NCBI RefSeq assembly: GCF_964204645.1
Contig: NC_134030.1
Coordinates: 6,986,778 to 7,050,777 of the forward strand
Length of the DNA: 64,000 bases
Direction of reading: 5' to 3'
Origin: Tubulanus polymorphus
Lineage: Eukaryota > Animalia > Nemertea
Shown here: one piece after another, positions 45,048 through 58,485 of the stretch
Layout: every line of letters starts with the position of its first letter
Position numbering within the stretch: the stretch's first letter is position 1
Made by a program: the position numbers and the translations under genes
The notes under the pieces: generated by a model
The model's database searches: none
The model's input: only the letters and a program-made list of their open reading frames with translations
Told to the model about the DNA's origin: nothing

Positions 45048-48000
45048 GAATATCATCACGTATAGTTAAGGAAACCATATAATATTAGGCAGTGTTCTGT
45101 GTACAAATAATAAGTTTATATACCAAAGTGTTGATGTATTTTTGATGCCATAAATTTAAGGCCCGTTAAAGCGATTTGACTAATCAGTAGAAAATCTTTA
45201 TTTTCATAGAGTTTAGAATTGTGCTTCCATGTGGGTGATCCTAGCTAGGTATGTCGTAGTACATTGTATCCACAGAGGTATGAGAGGTAATACTAGGAAT
45301 AATGTAATATAAAGGAATAAATAATAATGGCCAGCAATAATTTTGATCGTTTTAATTTTGTTTATAGCTGTTTCATCGTCATTCATATTATTAGGTTGAG
45401 TGGCTTTCATACTAATGATCACTTAACTTCAAATCGGGGTGTTCAATAAGGAAACTATTATTTAGGTGCAGCAGTGAATTTTTAGCACTTTTTTAAGTGA
45501 GCCCATAATCTCACCGGAAAAAAATTCCTGATGTAAATAGTAATAAATAGTACAAAATACAGAGAACATAATTAAAAAAATTAACAAAACTACATAACAA
45601 AATAAATAATATAAAAAAAACAAATAAAACTATAAGTAATAAAAAAATAAACAAAACCAACAAACAATAAGTTATTATAGGGCTCCGTCATCAGGAATTT
45701 TTTCCTATCACCTTAATCTAATTATTAAAGGTTCTTCTTTCATAGAACAACCTTCTCTGTGTTTCCCAACCTCTTGAGATCTTTTCTGTTGTTGTTTGAA
45801 GTGTTCTATTGGATCAGTTAGTAATAAACAAAACAAATAACCATAAACCTTAACTAAATCAAACACACTAAAAAATAACTGATTCGATAGAATGCTTCGA
45901 ATAGCTGATGAAAGATCATGCGTCCTTTTACCTATATATCACACCCTATCACTGCTGTAACTGTTAATTGTTTTAGGGATAATATCTGGGAGATACATTT
46001 TACTCTTTTTTAGAAAGAATGTTAAACAGCTATAAACATGATTAGTTATCGATAGTAAAATTGTTGTCATGTTTTCCCTGAAATAACATTGAATTAAATG
46101 AGTGAACTGATAATAATGTTTGAAAATCTTTAGTTAAGACAAGGTGCAGCGAAAATTCTAGTTGTCTAGTAAAAATGATGTTAATGAAAATGAAATTTAG
46201 AACGTTAAGTTAATAAATACTAAGCTTTCCAGGATGACTTAGTAGGATTTGTCTCTTTTATGTCGAGCTGTTTTTAAAGTGCAGTTCATTTGTTTACTAG
46301 GAACTTACAAGATAATTCCTCGATTAAATACCTGTCATTTAGCAAGGTGTTATTTTGTCATGAGAATAAAACGACACATACGTGTTCATTATTCATCTTA
46401 AAACGTTTCGATTGGTCAGTTCAGTTTATAGCAACCATCAAACTGATGTCCTATCAAATAAAGTGGAGCAGTAGTTTTTATAAATGAGGATATATGAACA
46501 GTGTTGATTAGTAAATTGTCCTGTTTTGATTGTCAGTTTTACAATGGCTATGTATAGTATATTTATTTTTCATAACTCATGCATACAATGTTGGACAGGT
46601 TTTATGTGCGCTATATGGTTATAGAGGATCCAGTGCTTGCCAGCTGGCAGTGCTTACAATTAAGGCACTAGACCATTTCAAATATCGAAAAAAGTTGTAG
46701 ATAATTGTAGATACTTTAGCAATCAGTTATTTGTAATTTACCTAGCTATATTCAAATGGATAATGGAACAATATCTATACGATGATACTCAATATATCTT
46801 AATTAAAAAACCTTCAAAATACTTTTCATTAAACGAAACAATGTGGAGAAAATAACGTTGATAATGTTTGGAAATCTCAGGCAAAGTTGGCAAAACTCTA
46901 GTTATCTTGTAAAATAATGTTAATGAAAATAAAGATTGATTAGTTGATTAGTTAATCTCAAGCTTTCCACAGTGAATCTGTTGGTTTTATCTATGGTTTT
47001 AATGCTTTTATGTTTTTCGAATACAGTTCACCCATTTGTTAATGAAGAACTTACATGATAATTCCTTGAATACAAAGCTAAGTTTGCTTGAGTTTTCTTT
47101 TTTTGCTTGAGCTTTCAGTTTTCTTGTAAAAATAATGTTAATGAAATGATATCAGAGATTGATTATTTGAGAGAGTGAATTTGTTTTATTTCCAGTTTTA
47201 ATGTTTATATGTTGGTGATATGTTATGCAGTTTTTTTTTTATAAACAGAATATCTTAAATCTCTCTTACATTGTCATTTGAATAGTTGATATGATTGAAT
47301 GCTTCATATTTCATGAAATAACCAAGTGTCACTTATGCCCAGTGACTTCATGAATGTCAAATTAATAGTCTTAGACATTCAGACTAGTCCTAATTGTTGG
47401 TCTTTTATGGATCAAGGTTTACAATTATGTGTGTAATTTTGTTATTTTCCTATTGATTCAAATTGTATGAATCAGTTGCAGTGGAAATGTTTTTGGCGAA
47501 TAAAACCTTGAAATACCTTCCATGATGTAGCATATGTGATATTAAAAGCTAGTAATCTTATATTTTGGATAATCTAAGTCATTAAAAGGCTAATGATAAT
47601 ACCTTGTTTTTCTTGATTGGCCGGGTCATTTCATAAATCAATGAAATTTGTAATCAGTTAATTTCTATCTGCCGCGTCTGTTATGGTTAGCTTGATCATG
47701 ATTTTTAAAAAAGTAATGTAAGGTCTAAGGTAAATAGGCGACTGGCCAGGTAAACGATTCATTAAATCTTACGCTTTCCAGGGTATTCGGCCCGGTTTAT
47801 CTCTGGTTTTAGTGCGGGGAGCCATGCACTCTCACAGTTTAGAGTCCATGGTTGTGTGCTATAGACTTTTCTCTTTTAGAGTCTATGCTTGGACCATGGA
47901 CGTATAAACTCTAGTTTATAGTTTATACGTCCATGGTTGGACTGTTTTTGAAATACAGTCCACGTGTTTGAGGAACTTAAGTTATAATTCTTTGAGCACA

Positions 48001-48217
48001 CCTGGCATTTTGTATAATTGTTGTATGAGAGTAAATATAATTGTTAGAAACTCTTTGTTTGTTTAGTTAATTAGCTACTCTGAACTAAATTAGTTCACCA
48101 GTCAGTGGTTGTGATGCTATGTTCTGCCGATTCTTAAGATTCAAACTGACTCTGGCAGTAGACTCTTGGTTGCCTGAGACAATTCACATTAGTGTATGAA
48201 AAATCCGCTAATCCACG

Positions 48218-48875
48218 GTACATCCTTTATTCAGCATCTGGACCACTCTGAATCAGTATCAGTAATTACTGGGTTCGAACCCGGGACAACCCTGTACATC
48301 ATCTATTCAGCATCAGGACCACTCTGAATCAGTGTCAGTAATTACTGGGTTTCAAACCCGGGACACCCCTGTACATCCTCTATTCAGCATCAGGACCACT
48401 CTGAACCAGTATCAGTAATTACTGGGTTCGAACCCGGGACAACCCTGTACATCCTCTATTCAGCAGTAAATCACCCATGATCCCGACCTTCCAGTTAATC
48501 ACCCCATAGCCCGACCAGCGTCAGTAATTACTAGGTTTCAAACCCGGGACACCCCTAGTGTACATCCTCTATTTAGCAGTAAATCACCCATGATCCCGAC
48601 CTTCCAGTTAATCCGGCACCCCATAGCCCGACCCTACCAGTAAATTACGCATAGCCCGACCCTGCCTGTCGCCCCTGACCTGCAAAAAACCCGGGACAAC
48701 CCTGTACATCCTCTATTCAGCATCAGGACCACTCTGAATCAGTGTCAGTAATTACTAGGTTTCAAACCCGGGACACCCCTGTACATCCTCTATTCAGTAG
48801 TAAATCACCCATGATCCCGACCTTTCAGTTAATCACCCCATAGCCCGACCCTGCCAGTCGCCCCTGACCTGCAAA
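48218..48875. repeat. Compound ~76-bp minisatellite carrying B-box-like gggttcgaaccc motifs
   Basis: Repeated gtacatcctctattcagcatcaggaccactctgaatcagt(a/g)tcagtaattact(g/a)ggtt(cg/tca)aacccgggaca(a/c)ccct, interleaved with a second subunit (aatcacccatgatcccgacc). Confidence 0.88.
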
Positions 48876-49081
48876 TTTTGCTCTCCTAAGTGCAGAATAC
48901 GTTCATTTGATGAATCTGGTTATGAACAAAATATAAGATGTTGTGCTTCATTGATGTATCGTTTGTTGGATTTAGACGCTGAAATCACCACGAGCTCTTC
49001 ACTTGAAGTTGAAAGGGAGAGGATTTTTGCCCATCCTCCCTCAGGGAGGGATTCGAACCCGATGGCATCGAGATTGCCACG

Positions 49082-51130
49082 GTTCAAGTTCAAGTTCAAG
49101 TTCAAATTTATTTCACAGAAAGCATGACAGGCTATGTACACAGGTTGAGAGAAAACAAACAATAAAATTTACAATTTTTTTAAACAAAGCACAATTATAA
49201 AAAGAGAGAGAGAACAGTAGCTTTCAGTGTGGGCCAAGCAAAGCCTTTAGGCCGCTGTCGCAAGCACCCAGGGAAAAAAACGAAAGGTAAATGAAGAAAT
49301 AAAGGAGAAGGAAATGAAAGTTGATGATTTTTGATAATTACAGGAGAGTTTATATGAGTAAGCTAGAGGGTTCAGGAGAGTGAGCAATTATAACAATTAG
49401 GGTTATTACATTGATGGATATCATTGTAGGCGGAGGTGAGATATGGTCTGAGTTTACGTTTTAAATTTTGTTTGCTTGTTTGTAGGATGTCATTGGAAAA
49501 AGGTAGTTTTTGCCAGATGTTTGAAAGAATGTTTTGAGGTGAATTTTGATGCGGGGTTGGCGGTGTTTGTTTTGAAAATAAAGAATATGCGTGGTCTAAA
49601 TATATGCTTTTTCTGATGTTGACTAAAGGAGATAAGTTTTCCGCGGTGAAGTAATTAGAAAAGTAATGGGGTGAAGATTTGATGGTGTTTTGAATAAAAA
49701 GTGCAGTTTTAAGGATGAGGACATCATTGATTTTGAGGATTTCGAGATTTTTAAAAAGTGGGTCTGTGTGTGCAGTGTACTTAGAGTTGGTGATTATTCG
49801 AACAATCTTCTTTTGGATTAGGAGGCATTTTTTATTATAAGGCGAGTGGCCCCAAGCCAACAAGCCATAGTTCAAATGAGGAAAGACTAAGGTGTAGTAA
49901 AGAGAAAGTAAATTTTGTGTGTCTAGGATGTTTTTAGTTTTGTTTATGATACCAGTAATTTGTGAAATTTTCTTGTGTATCTTGTCGATATGTGGTTTCC
50001 AGTTCAGATTTTCATGTATTGTCAAGCCGAGGAAATCTATTTGTTTTACTCTTTCAAGTTCAAAGTTGCCTATTTTGATTTGTTGTATGTGGTTTATGAA
50101 TGGTCTTCTCTGATAATTATGAAATATGATATATTTAGTTTTGTTCAGATTAGGGGTTAGTTTATTAGCGATAAGCCAGTCATTCAATATGTTTAGGTCA
50201 TAATTAATATACTGTATGAGTGTGTTGAGGTGTGTATGAGAAGCAATGCAATTTGTATCGCCAGCGAATAATATGTACTTCATGTTTACCGTGGAGGCAT
50301 AGATATCATTGATGTAAATTAGAAAGAGAAGTGGACCTAGGATGGAACCCTGGGGTACACCGATGTTTGAGGATAGTGTAGAGGAGTTGTAGGATTTGTA
50401 CGAAACGTATTGTTGACGATTAGAAAGATATGAGGAAAACCAATCTCTTGCTATTCCTCGGATGCCGTAATGTTCAAGTTTATCTAGTAGTATATCGTGG
50501 TTAAGAGTGTCAAAAGCCTTCGAAAGGTCCAGGAAAATGCCTATTGTCCAGTCATGGTTAATTAGTGAGTTAGAAATTCTGTCTATGAGTTCGAGTATTG
50601 CATGTTCGGTTGAATGGCTGTGTCGGAAACCATATTGGTTAGGAAAAAGGTGTTTGTCAATGAATTTAGATAGTCGTCTATGTACAAGTTTTTCGTAGAT
50701 TTTGGAAAGTGAATTTAGTAGTGAAATGGGTCGATAATTTTCGATCAGGTTTATGTCACCTTTTTTATGTAAAGGTGTTATTTTAGCTATTTTAAGTAAA
50801 TCGGGGAATTTGCCTGTTGAGAAGGATTGATTTAAAAGGCAAGTTAGAGGGTATGATATGTGGTTGATGATTCTCTGTAGGGTGTATGTGGAAATGTTGT
50901 CATGACCACTTGAGTGTTTTGTTTTGAGATTATTTATAGTTTCTATGACTTCTCTTTCGCACACTGGCACGAGGAAGAAGTTAGAGTCGGATCTAGGTAA
51001 ATTGTTCAGGTAGTGTTGAGATGGCATTTGAGACAAGGGAAGTTCATTCGCTAGATGTTCACCCATTTGATTGAAGTGATTGTTAAAAGATGTGGCAATT
51101 TTGATTGGGTCGGTAGTCTTAATGTTCATT
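49082..51130 (-). mobile_element. 5'-truncated L2/Crack-group LINE (RT portion, ORF 49372-51129), catalytically dead
   Basis: RT motifs NYRPISLL, QYGFR, FLDLSKAFD, GVPQGSILGPLLFLIYIND. The catalytic FADD reads FAGD (50257-50268). HTDPLFK C-terminal motif; AATAAA + (TTGAAC)n tail. Confidence 0.93.
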
Positions 51131-51683
51131 ATGAGTTTTCCGGTTTGCTCGGCTACCCGTACTGGCGGGGTAGTCTAGATAGGCAAATGAAAGCTCCGGT
51201 TTGCTGAACTACCCTTCTTTTCGGGGATGCGGTACGATGTTTGATCTGACAGTTTCAAGTGGTTAATGGGTGTTTCAAGTGCTTACAACGATGCTTATTA
51301 CTTAATGTGGTACATGGTGGTTTAAAAAAAGATTTCATAATGATACGCTCAAAGTATAGGCCTACCGCGTGGGCTTCGTAGAAAGACCACTGCCTGTGGC
51401 CTTCCCAAATTTTAATTGTTCTGTCCGATTTGGTTTCGTCCAATTGAAAGACTGCCTTTTCCAGTTAGGGCATTTTTGGATCACATCACTCAGGAAATGA
51501 CTTACGCTTTTGGGCCCTTTCGTCGGTCCCACGTGTTTCATTTGAGCTATAGACCACATGGTGACACCATGATGGTCAGAAACTGACCAATTGAGATATT
51601 CCCGAGTCTGAACACCTGACTGCGAATTTCGGAAATTTATCAAGTCATGTTTGTTTTCAAACTACCGAGGTATCATCATTGCA

Positions 51684-52072
51684 AATTCATAAATTGACCA
51701 TCACTGACCACCACTGACCAATTCAAACTTCTCGAATATGAGTTCGATATACCGCGTTATGGTGTCAAACTAGAAAGGATTCGCCATAAATATTGAGAAT
51801 TCATAAATTGACCATCACTGACCACCACTGACCAATTCAAACTTCTCGAATATGAGAACAATATACCGCGTTATGGTGTCAAACTAGAAAGGATTCGCCA
51901 TTGAAAATTCATGAATTGACCATCACTGACCACCACTGACCAATTGAAACTTCTCGAATGTAAGAAAGATATACCGGTACCGCATTTGGTGTGAAACTAG
52001 AAAGCATTCCCCATTAGAATTCATAAATTGACCATCACTGACCACCACTGCCCAAGTGAAACTTCTCGAATA
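51684..52072 (+). repeat. ~112-bp tandem array (3.5 copies)
   Basis: Unit aattcataaattgaccatcactgaccaccactgaccaattcaaacttctcgaatatgag...ataccgcgttatggtgtcaaactagaaaggattcgccat. Confidence 0.92.
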
Positions 52073-52580
52073 TCGTCGAATTCGAAAGTGGTTGTCGTCG
52101 TATTGTTATTTCTAGAGACCAGCAGTTTGCTACTGTTTCTGAATGGCGTTGACATGATGGAAATATATTACTCCTAAATAGGTTACACATCTGGATCACA
52201 GCACCTCACTTGCCGCAGTGCGTAATTTTGACTGCATAGTAATGCTAATACATAAACTTTTTTACTACTTGACTCAAAGCTTGACGCGAATCATCTGAAC
52301 AGTACTGCGTTTGAAAACGAATAGAAAATGTTTGCGAGAAGCACCTGCAAATAAGTTATGATAAGATTAAATCTATGGTTAATCGATGCTTAAAAAAACA
52401 ATTAAATCACAGGCAAGATGACTAACAACCGTTTCAACCAATCAGCGCGATGCCAATTAATTAAATCATTAAACGCTGATTGATTGATTCAAGATGGCGG
52501 ACTAGTGCGATCACGCATTCGTATATGTCCTGACAAAAATTATTTATCAAGTGTTTTTCACTGTGGATTTATAACGAGTA

Positions 52581-53900
52581 ATGGGTTCATTGGATAGGAA
52601 GTGTTCTATCAAGTTTCCTCTGAATGAGGTAAACGGAAAAATTCTTCATCAAGATGTAATTAACGCTATAAAGGACAGTGCCGACGGTGACGTGAGTAAA
52701 ATAGCAGCGATTCAAATAACGTCAAAATTTTGCATAATTACTGCAGTAGATGAAACGAGTAAAGATCTTCTGAAACAATCCGGATTAATCTTTCGAGGGA
52801 ATAAAATCACTCCGGATGATGTAGATTTAACCTTTTTGTCTGTGAAAATAGTCGATGCTCCGTATGAGATGTCGGATCTGACCATTGTCAACTTTATTAA
52901 AAATTATGGTGATTATGTTGAAGGATCGGTAAAAAAAGGCGTGATAAGGGACACTCAAATATATACTGGGACCAGATATTTGAAATTGAAACAAGTCAAT
53001 AAAGTTATTCCAAACTTCACATCAATCGATGGATTCCGCGTTAGAGTGTACTGTGAGGGTATAGGGTGTCAACATTGCCTTGGCGATCATCGCTCAGCTG
53101 ACTGTCCGTCACGATTTAAGTGTTTCAAATGTGGCGCCGCAGAGCATAAAGCTCGTGATTGTACCGTGACTCTGAGCGACACGATATCCAACGAAGCGCG
53201 TGACTATTGCGAGAAAACGTCAAGCGAACCGCTGTCCAATACTATTACAAATAATGTATTAGTAATCGGTGATTCCAACCTCCGTGACTTCGAGTTTCCG
53301 AATGGCACGGTTATTTGCCAGCCTGGTGCTAGCGGTGAAAAGATTTCATCGCTTCTGAATAAAGCTGACAATCAGATTCTAGATCGATCGTCGATCACTG
53401 ACGTTATTCTCCACTTAGGTACAAACGATATAAGTAACAACAAAAATGACAGTGACACTGTAGTGGTGAATCTGTCCTTAGCCATGGCTAAAACGACGGA
53501 ACATTTCAATGAAGCCCAGATTCACTTCTCTAGTATCATTCCAAGAAAAGGTAACTCCAACAACGTAAAAGAGTACAACAGCCTTGCAATAGCAGTTAAC
53601 AACCATATCGGGAAACTATGCGCGGAACAGAATATCATGTTTATTGATAATGACACTATATTGAAACTTAAACCGTCTGGTAAAGCTTTGGACCACTTTT
53701 ATTCGCCGACCGATAAAAGTGGTATTCACCTCAGTGAAACCGGCAAGCTTGCATTGCTTAAACACTTTTGCGAGGCAATAGATGGCGTCACTAGTGATGC
53801 TTTCTGCACACCGACCTCGGCAAAACGAAAGGAGAGATCACTATCCGGAACACCACCTTCAATAGAAAAAACCAGGAAAAAACAATACGTTGAATATTAG
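52581..53900 (+). CDS. LINE ORF1: RRM-like region + 2 CCHC zinc knuckles + SGNH/GDSL esterase
   Basis: VKIVDAPYEMSD..YG (L1/Tx1-type ORF1 motif); knuckles CQHCLGDHRSADC and CFKCGAAEHKARDC; SGNH blocks VIGDSN, PGAS, HLGTND, D..GIHLSETG. Confidence 0.85.
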   Translation: MGSLDRKCSIKFPLNEVNGKILHQDVINAIKDSADGDVSKIAAIQITSKFCIITAVDETSKDLLKQSGLIFRGNKITPDDVDLTFLSVKIVDAPYEMSDLTIVNFIKNYGDYVEGSVKKGVIRDTQIYTGTRYLKLKQVNKVIPNFTSIDGFRVRVYCEGIGCQHCLGDHRSADCPSRFKCFKCGAAEHKARDCTVTLSDTISNEARDYCEKTSSEPLSNTITNNVLVIGDSNLRDFEFPNGTVICQPGASGEKISSLLNKADNQILDRSSITDVILHLGTNDISNNKNDSDTVVVNLSLAMAKTTEHFNEAQIHFSSIIPRKGNSNNVKEYNSLAIAVNNHIGKLCAEQNIMFIDNDTILKLKPSGKALDHFYSPTDKSGIHLSETGKLALLKHFCEAIDGVTSDAFCTPTSAKRKERSLSGTPPSIEKTRKKQYVEY

Positions 53901-53925
53901 TCAAACACCATGACTTGTTATTTGT

Positions 53926-56849
53926 ATGAAAAGCTCAGTAACTGATATACCTTGTACAAACAACAGTTGTTTGTACTTTAATGTTGACGAGGATTCTCCT
54001 CTTGAACGGGGAAGTCTATCCATCATTTCTCATAACATCAGAAGTGTCAACAAAAATTTTGACAGTTTAACTGATTTTTTGAATTGTTGTAATGGTCAAT
54101 TTTCGGTCATTGGTTTGACCGAGACTTGGACTAATTCAAATAATTCTAACTCCAATTTGTATAGAATTAACGGTTACACGAGTATTTTTAAATCCCGCGC
54201 CAATGGTCAACTTGGTGGCGGCGTAGCTCTCTTCCTAAAGGAAAATTTCAATTTCAAAGTACGGACAGACTTATCAACTAGGAATCATACTTTCGAATCT
54301 TTATTCATCGAAATTGTTTTAGATAAAAAATCCAATATTATTATTGGAGTAATATATAGACCTCCAGGAGGAAAATTACCAACTTTTCAAGATGAATTTG
54401 AAGTTTTAACGGCAGAAATTACTCGCGAGAACAAACTTTGCTACCTGGTGGGGGACTTTAATATAGATCTTATGAAATATGATACGCACAAAGATACTGA
54501 AATATTTCTCGAATCTTTATTTTCTCATTCTTTTTCACCTTTGATTGACAAGCCAACTCGAGTAACTTGTGACTCGACATCCTTAATTGACAATATTTTT
54601 TGTAACGATTTGCGACATGTTCACAAATCTGGGATTTTTATGACCGACCTTTCGGATCATTACCCAATATTTACTATCTGCAGTGGTGATCAGCCTCTGT
54701 CTGACAGACAACCTTTTAAAACTAGAATTTTCTCGCAGCGCAATATTTCTAATTTCAACAGATTACTTATGAATATTAACTGGAATGAAGTGTATTCATC
54801 TGATAATCCCTCAGTTGCTTACACTACTTTCATTGAAAAAGTTTCTTTAGTTTTCAATCAAGTTTTCCCTCTGGTACCAGTTAATCATATTAATCCCACA
54901 TTCCATAAACCATGGATAACTCCTGGTATTATCGCAGCAATTAGAACAAAAAACAACCTTTATAGGAAATTTATTAGAACACGTTCAGAAAAAATAAAAT
55001 CAAAATACAACTCGTACAAAAATCTCATTTCAAAGCTTATTAACAAAGCCGAATCTAATTATTATTCTGAAAAATTGCTCGCTGCTGGAAATGATATGAA
55101 AGAAAAGTGGAAACTGTTGAACACAGTTTTAGGTAGAAACATTTATTCTAAAATGCCTAATTCTTTTACTTCTGATCAACGTGTTATTTCTGGTAATATA
55201 AACATCGCCAACGAGTTTAAAAATTTTTTTGCAAATATTGGTGAAAGGCTTGCTACTCAAATCCCTGATACAGGGCAATCCTTTCATCAATATATGAATA
55301 AACGTGTCAATGAAAGTCTATTTCTCTTTCCGACTTCACCTCATGAAATAAGTGATGTGGTCTCGGGTTTCCCCTAAAGAAGAGTGCCGGTGTCGATGGT
55401 TTGAGTATTTTTGTTATAAAACAGGTGATTGACATCATTAAGTTCCCTTTATCCCATATCTTTAACCGTAGTCTTCAGACTGGAATATTTCCCAATGAAC
55501 TCAAAATTGCGAAAGTTTGTCCTTTGTTTAAATCCGGAGCCCCTAATTCTTTAAATAATTATCGACCCATATCTTTGCTTCCTAGCTTCTAAAAAATTCT
55601 GGAAAAACTAGTTTACAACAGATTGGTTTCCTTTTGTAACAAACAGGATATTGTAACCCCCGACCAGTTTGGCTTTCGTTCAAAACATTCAACAGATTTG
55701 GCATTAACCAAGGTTGTTGATAATCTTTCTGAAGCCTTGGAAAATAAGAATATTACTATTGGATTATTCTTGGACCTGTCTAAGGCATTCGACACCGTTA
55801 ACCATGACATTTTGTTAATGAAGCTTGATTATTACGGAATCCGAGGTGTTCCTCATGATTGGTTTAAAAGCTACCTGACTGACAGGAGTCAAGTTTTAAG
55901 TTTCAACAATACCTTATCGTCTCCATTAAATGTATCAATTGGTGTACCCCAGGGTTCTATTCTAGGCCCTTTGTTATTTTTATTATACGTTAACGATTGC
56001 ATAAATGCGTCCAAATTACTCCATTTTATCCTCTTTGCCGATGACACGAATTGTTTTTATAGTAACTCTAATATCAAAGAATTGGTTTCCATAGTAAATT
56101 CTGAACTGGCGAAACTTGGCATCTGGTATCAAGTAAACAAACTTTCAATAAATATTGCGAAATGCCACTTTATGATTTTTGGTCGTGTAGATCACTTTAA
56201 TTCTTCCATTTGGTTAAATGGAGAATTAATCAAACGTGTACATAGTACGAATTTTCTTGGTCTTTTTATAGATGACAAATTAAATTGGGATGTCCATATC
56301 AAATATGTCTGCAGTAAAGTGTCACGCTCCATTGGAATTTTAACCAGATTAAAAAAGCATTTCCCATCAAATATCCTTATTACCCTTTATTATAGTTTTG
56401 TTTATCCTCATTTACAATATTGTAATTTAATCTGGGGAAGTAATTATGCAAACAAGCTTAATCCACTAATTCTACTACAAAAAAGAGCAGTAAGAATAGT
56501 TAATAAGTCTCATTTCCTAGAACACACTGACCCTATCTTCAAAAAATTGAATATCCTAAAATTTAGACATATTACAAAATTTCAATTAAGTCTATTTATG
56601 TTCAAATTCAATAATTCAAAATTGCCAAATTCCTTTAATCGGTATTTCAAAAAGAATGTTGATATACACTCGTATTCAACCAGAAATATGAATTCTTTTC
56701 GTGTTGCCAGATTTCGGACTAACAAAACACAATTCACAGTAAAAATTTCTGGTCCTGTTGTCTGGAATAATTTGCCAAAAAGTTTAAAACAACTGTCGTG
56801 TATAGATACTTTCAAAAGAAAACTTAAATTGTATCTAATGAATTTGTAA
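53926..56849 (+). pseudogene. LINE ORF2 (APE endonuclease + reverse transcriptase) with one frameshift and one nonsense codon
   Basis: APE motifs HNIRS, LTETW, GGGVA, YRPP, GDFN, IDNIF, SDH. RT motifs LDLSKAFD, GVPQGSILGP, FADD. Frameshift at ~55370 and in-frame TAA at 55590-55592. Confidence 0.92.
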
Positions 56850-58485
56850 TTAATCCGTCTGTATCTGCCATCTATTACCAGATTGTAAGAGTGAATGAAA
56901 GATAGTGTGATTGACCGCCTGAGTGACTACGTGTGTGGGTGCATGTTGGGTGAAGGTGTATGACTGCATGTGTGTATGAGTTGAGTGAATCGGTGTATGC
57001 TAGGGGATTAGAGATTTTATAAGCCTTCATTGGCTTCATCTAATCTCCTCCACATTATATTAAAACATTTCATATTTGTATATCTCTTTATGACATGTTG
57101 TAATTTTATTGTGGAAATAAATTTATTTTTTATTTATTTTTTTAACGCATTAGGCTCCTAATATTTGTAATCATTTGTCGTTCTTTAAACTTGGCCACTT
57201 TTGTTTCAGAAAACCGCGTACTAGACCAGTGGTCACCAAGGCATTAAAAAAGTTTTGAAAATTCGATGGTAACGATTTGTCCGTCAAAAAACTATTTCGT
57301 TAATATTTCAAGTTTTTTTTAACTCTTGTACAGAATTCACTATATGAAAAGTGTTCATAGGAATTGAAATTCGGTGTGATATCAGTCACCTGTTACCCCT
57401 TTTTCATTGTCAGTTCTTTATTGCACTATCATGCGCTCTTCTAAAATAGAAAAGAACATCTGTGTTTCGTTATAAACAAGGTTAAATTCCAAACGCACAT
57501 GAAATATCACACAATATACACATCTAGCATTTTCTCTAACTAGGCCCTTTCCAAATGGCAATTGTTTAGTTTTTTAACGGCCGACATTCAGAAGCACATA
57601 AAAACCAGTGGTAGCGCTTGAGATTTTCAGTGTAGGTCACATCTCACATCGACTCGGCTCGCAGTCGGTTCGTTTCATGGGAACACATCTGGTTGACACT
57701 AGTTTCACAGTTGACGAAATCAGAAAACTTTTTTCAAATGCCTTTGATAACATCTTAAACATAGTATTCTTCTTAATTACATTTCGTTGATTCCATAGAT
57801 ATGTTTTTATGAAAATTGCTCCAGTTATAGCGGATTCAAACATACATGTGAAATCATTATTTTCAAAATATTCAATTTTCTCTGCTTTTGAAGAAATTCT
57901 GACACAATATCATCTCCACTCGACACATGATTTTACTTCGGCGCCTTTAAGGGAGTGTCCCTTAAAGTTGAGTTCTTACTTAGTCAAACAAGGAGATATG
58001 CCTGATTCCTTTTTAAAATTTAGATTTCGACAGATATCATCAAATTACTAGGAAGGGACAGCAGCGTTCGGTCATCCACAAAAAATACCTAAAATGCAGT
58101 CCTAGGGTTATGGAAAAACAGGACATGAAACATACAGAAAAATCCTTTGTTTGGTTGACTGAAATTATTATTGAACTCTTAAATAGCGAAACAAAAACAT
58201 AAGAATATAATCTCGCCCACCCGTTAAAAACATAACGTAATGATATGAGGCCATGTGTCATCTTTAATTGAAATCACATTATATTCATTCTCATGCGAGG
58301 ATGGGTCTCCAAATTCATAGGATAAGGAGAATAATGGTTTGAATGATGAATACAACTCATAAAGCGCCAATTTCACTGATTCTTGCATATAAATGCTCAA
58401 AGGCGCTTTACAGTAATCGAGTAAACAGGTGCATTTTTAGGAGTCTTTTGAATTTGAATTCAAATCGGGTGTTCATGACGACTAT

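Larger units (their letters stand above)
52477..57143 (+). mobile_element. Full-length L2/Crack-group LINE with ORF1 and disrupted ORF2
   Basis: 5' end carries the YY1-like caagatggcgg motif. ORF1 52581-53900; ORF2 53926-56849. 3' AATAAA + (ATTT)n/T tail. Possible short TSD aacgc at 52472 and 57144. Confidence 0.93.

Noticed and set aside
46110-48000. Three to four diverged AT-rich dispersed duplications
   Set aside because: Old degenerate repeat with no termini, ORF or structure that I can support.
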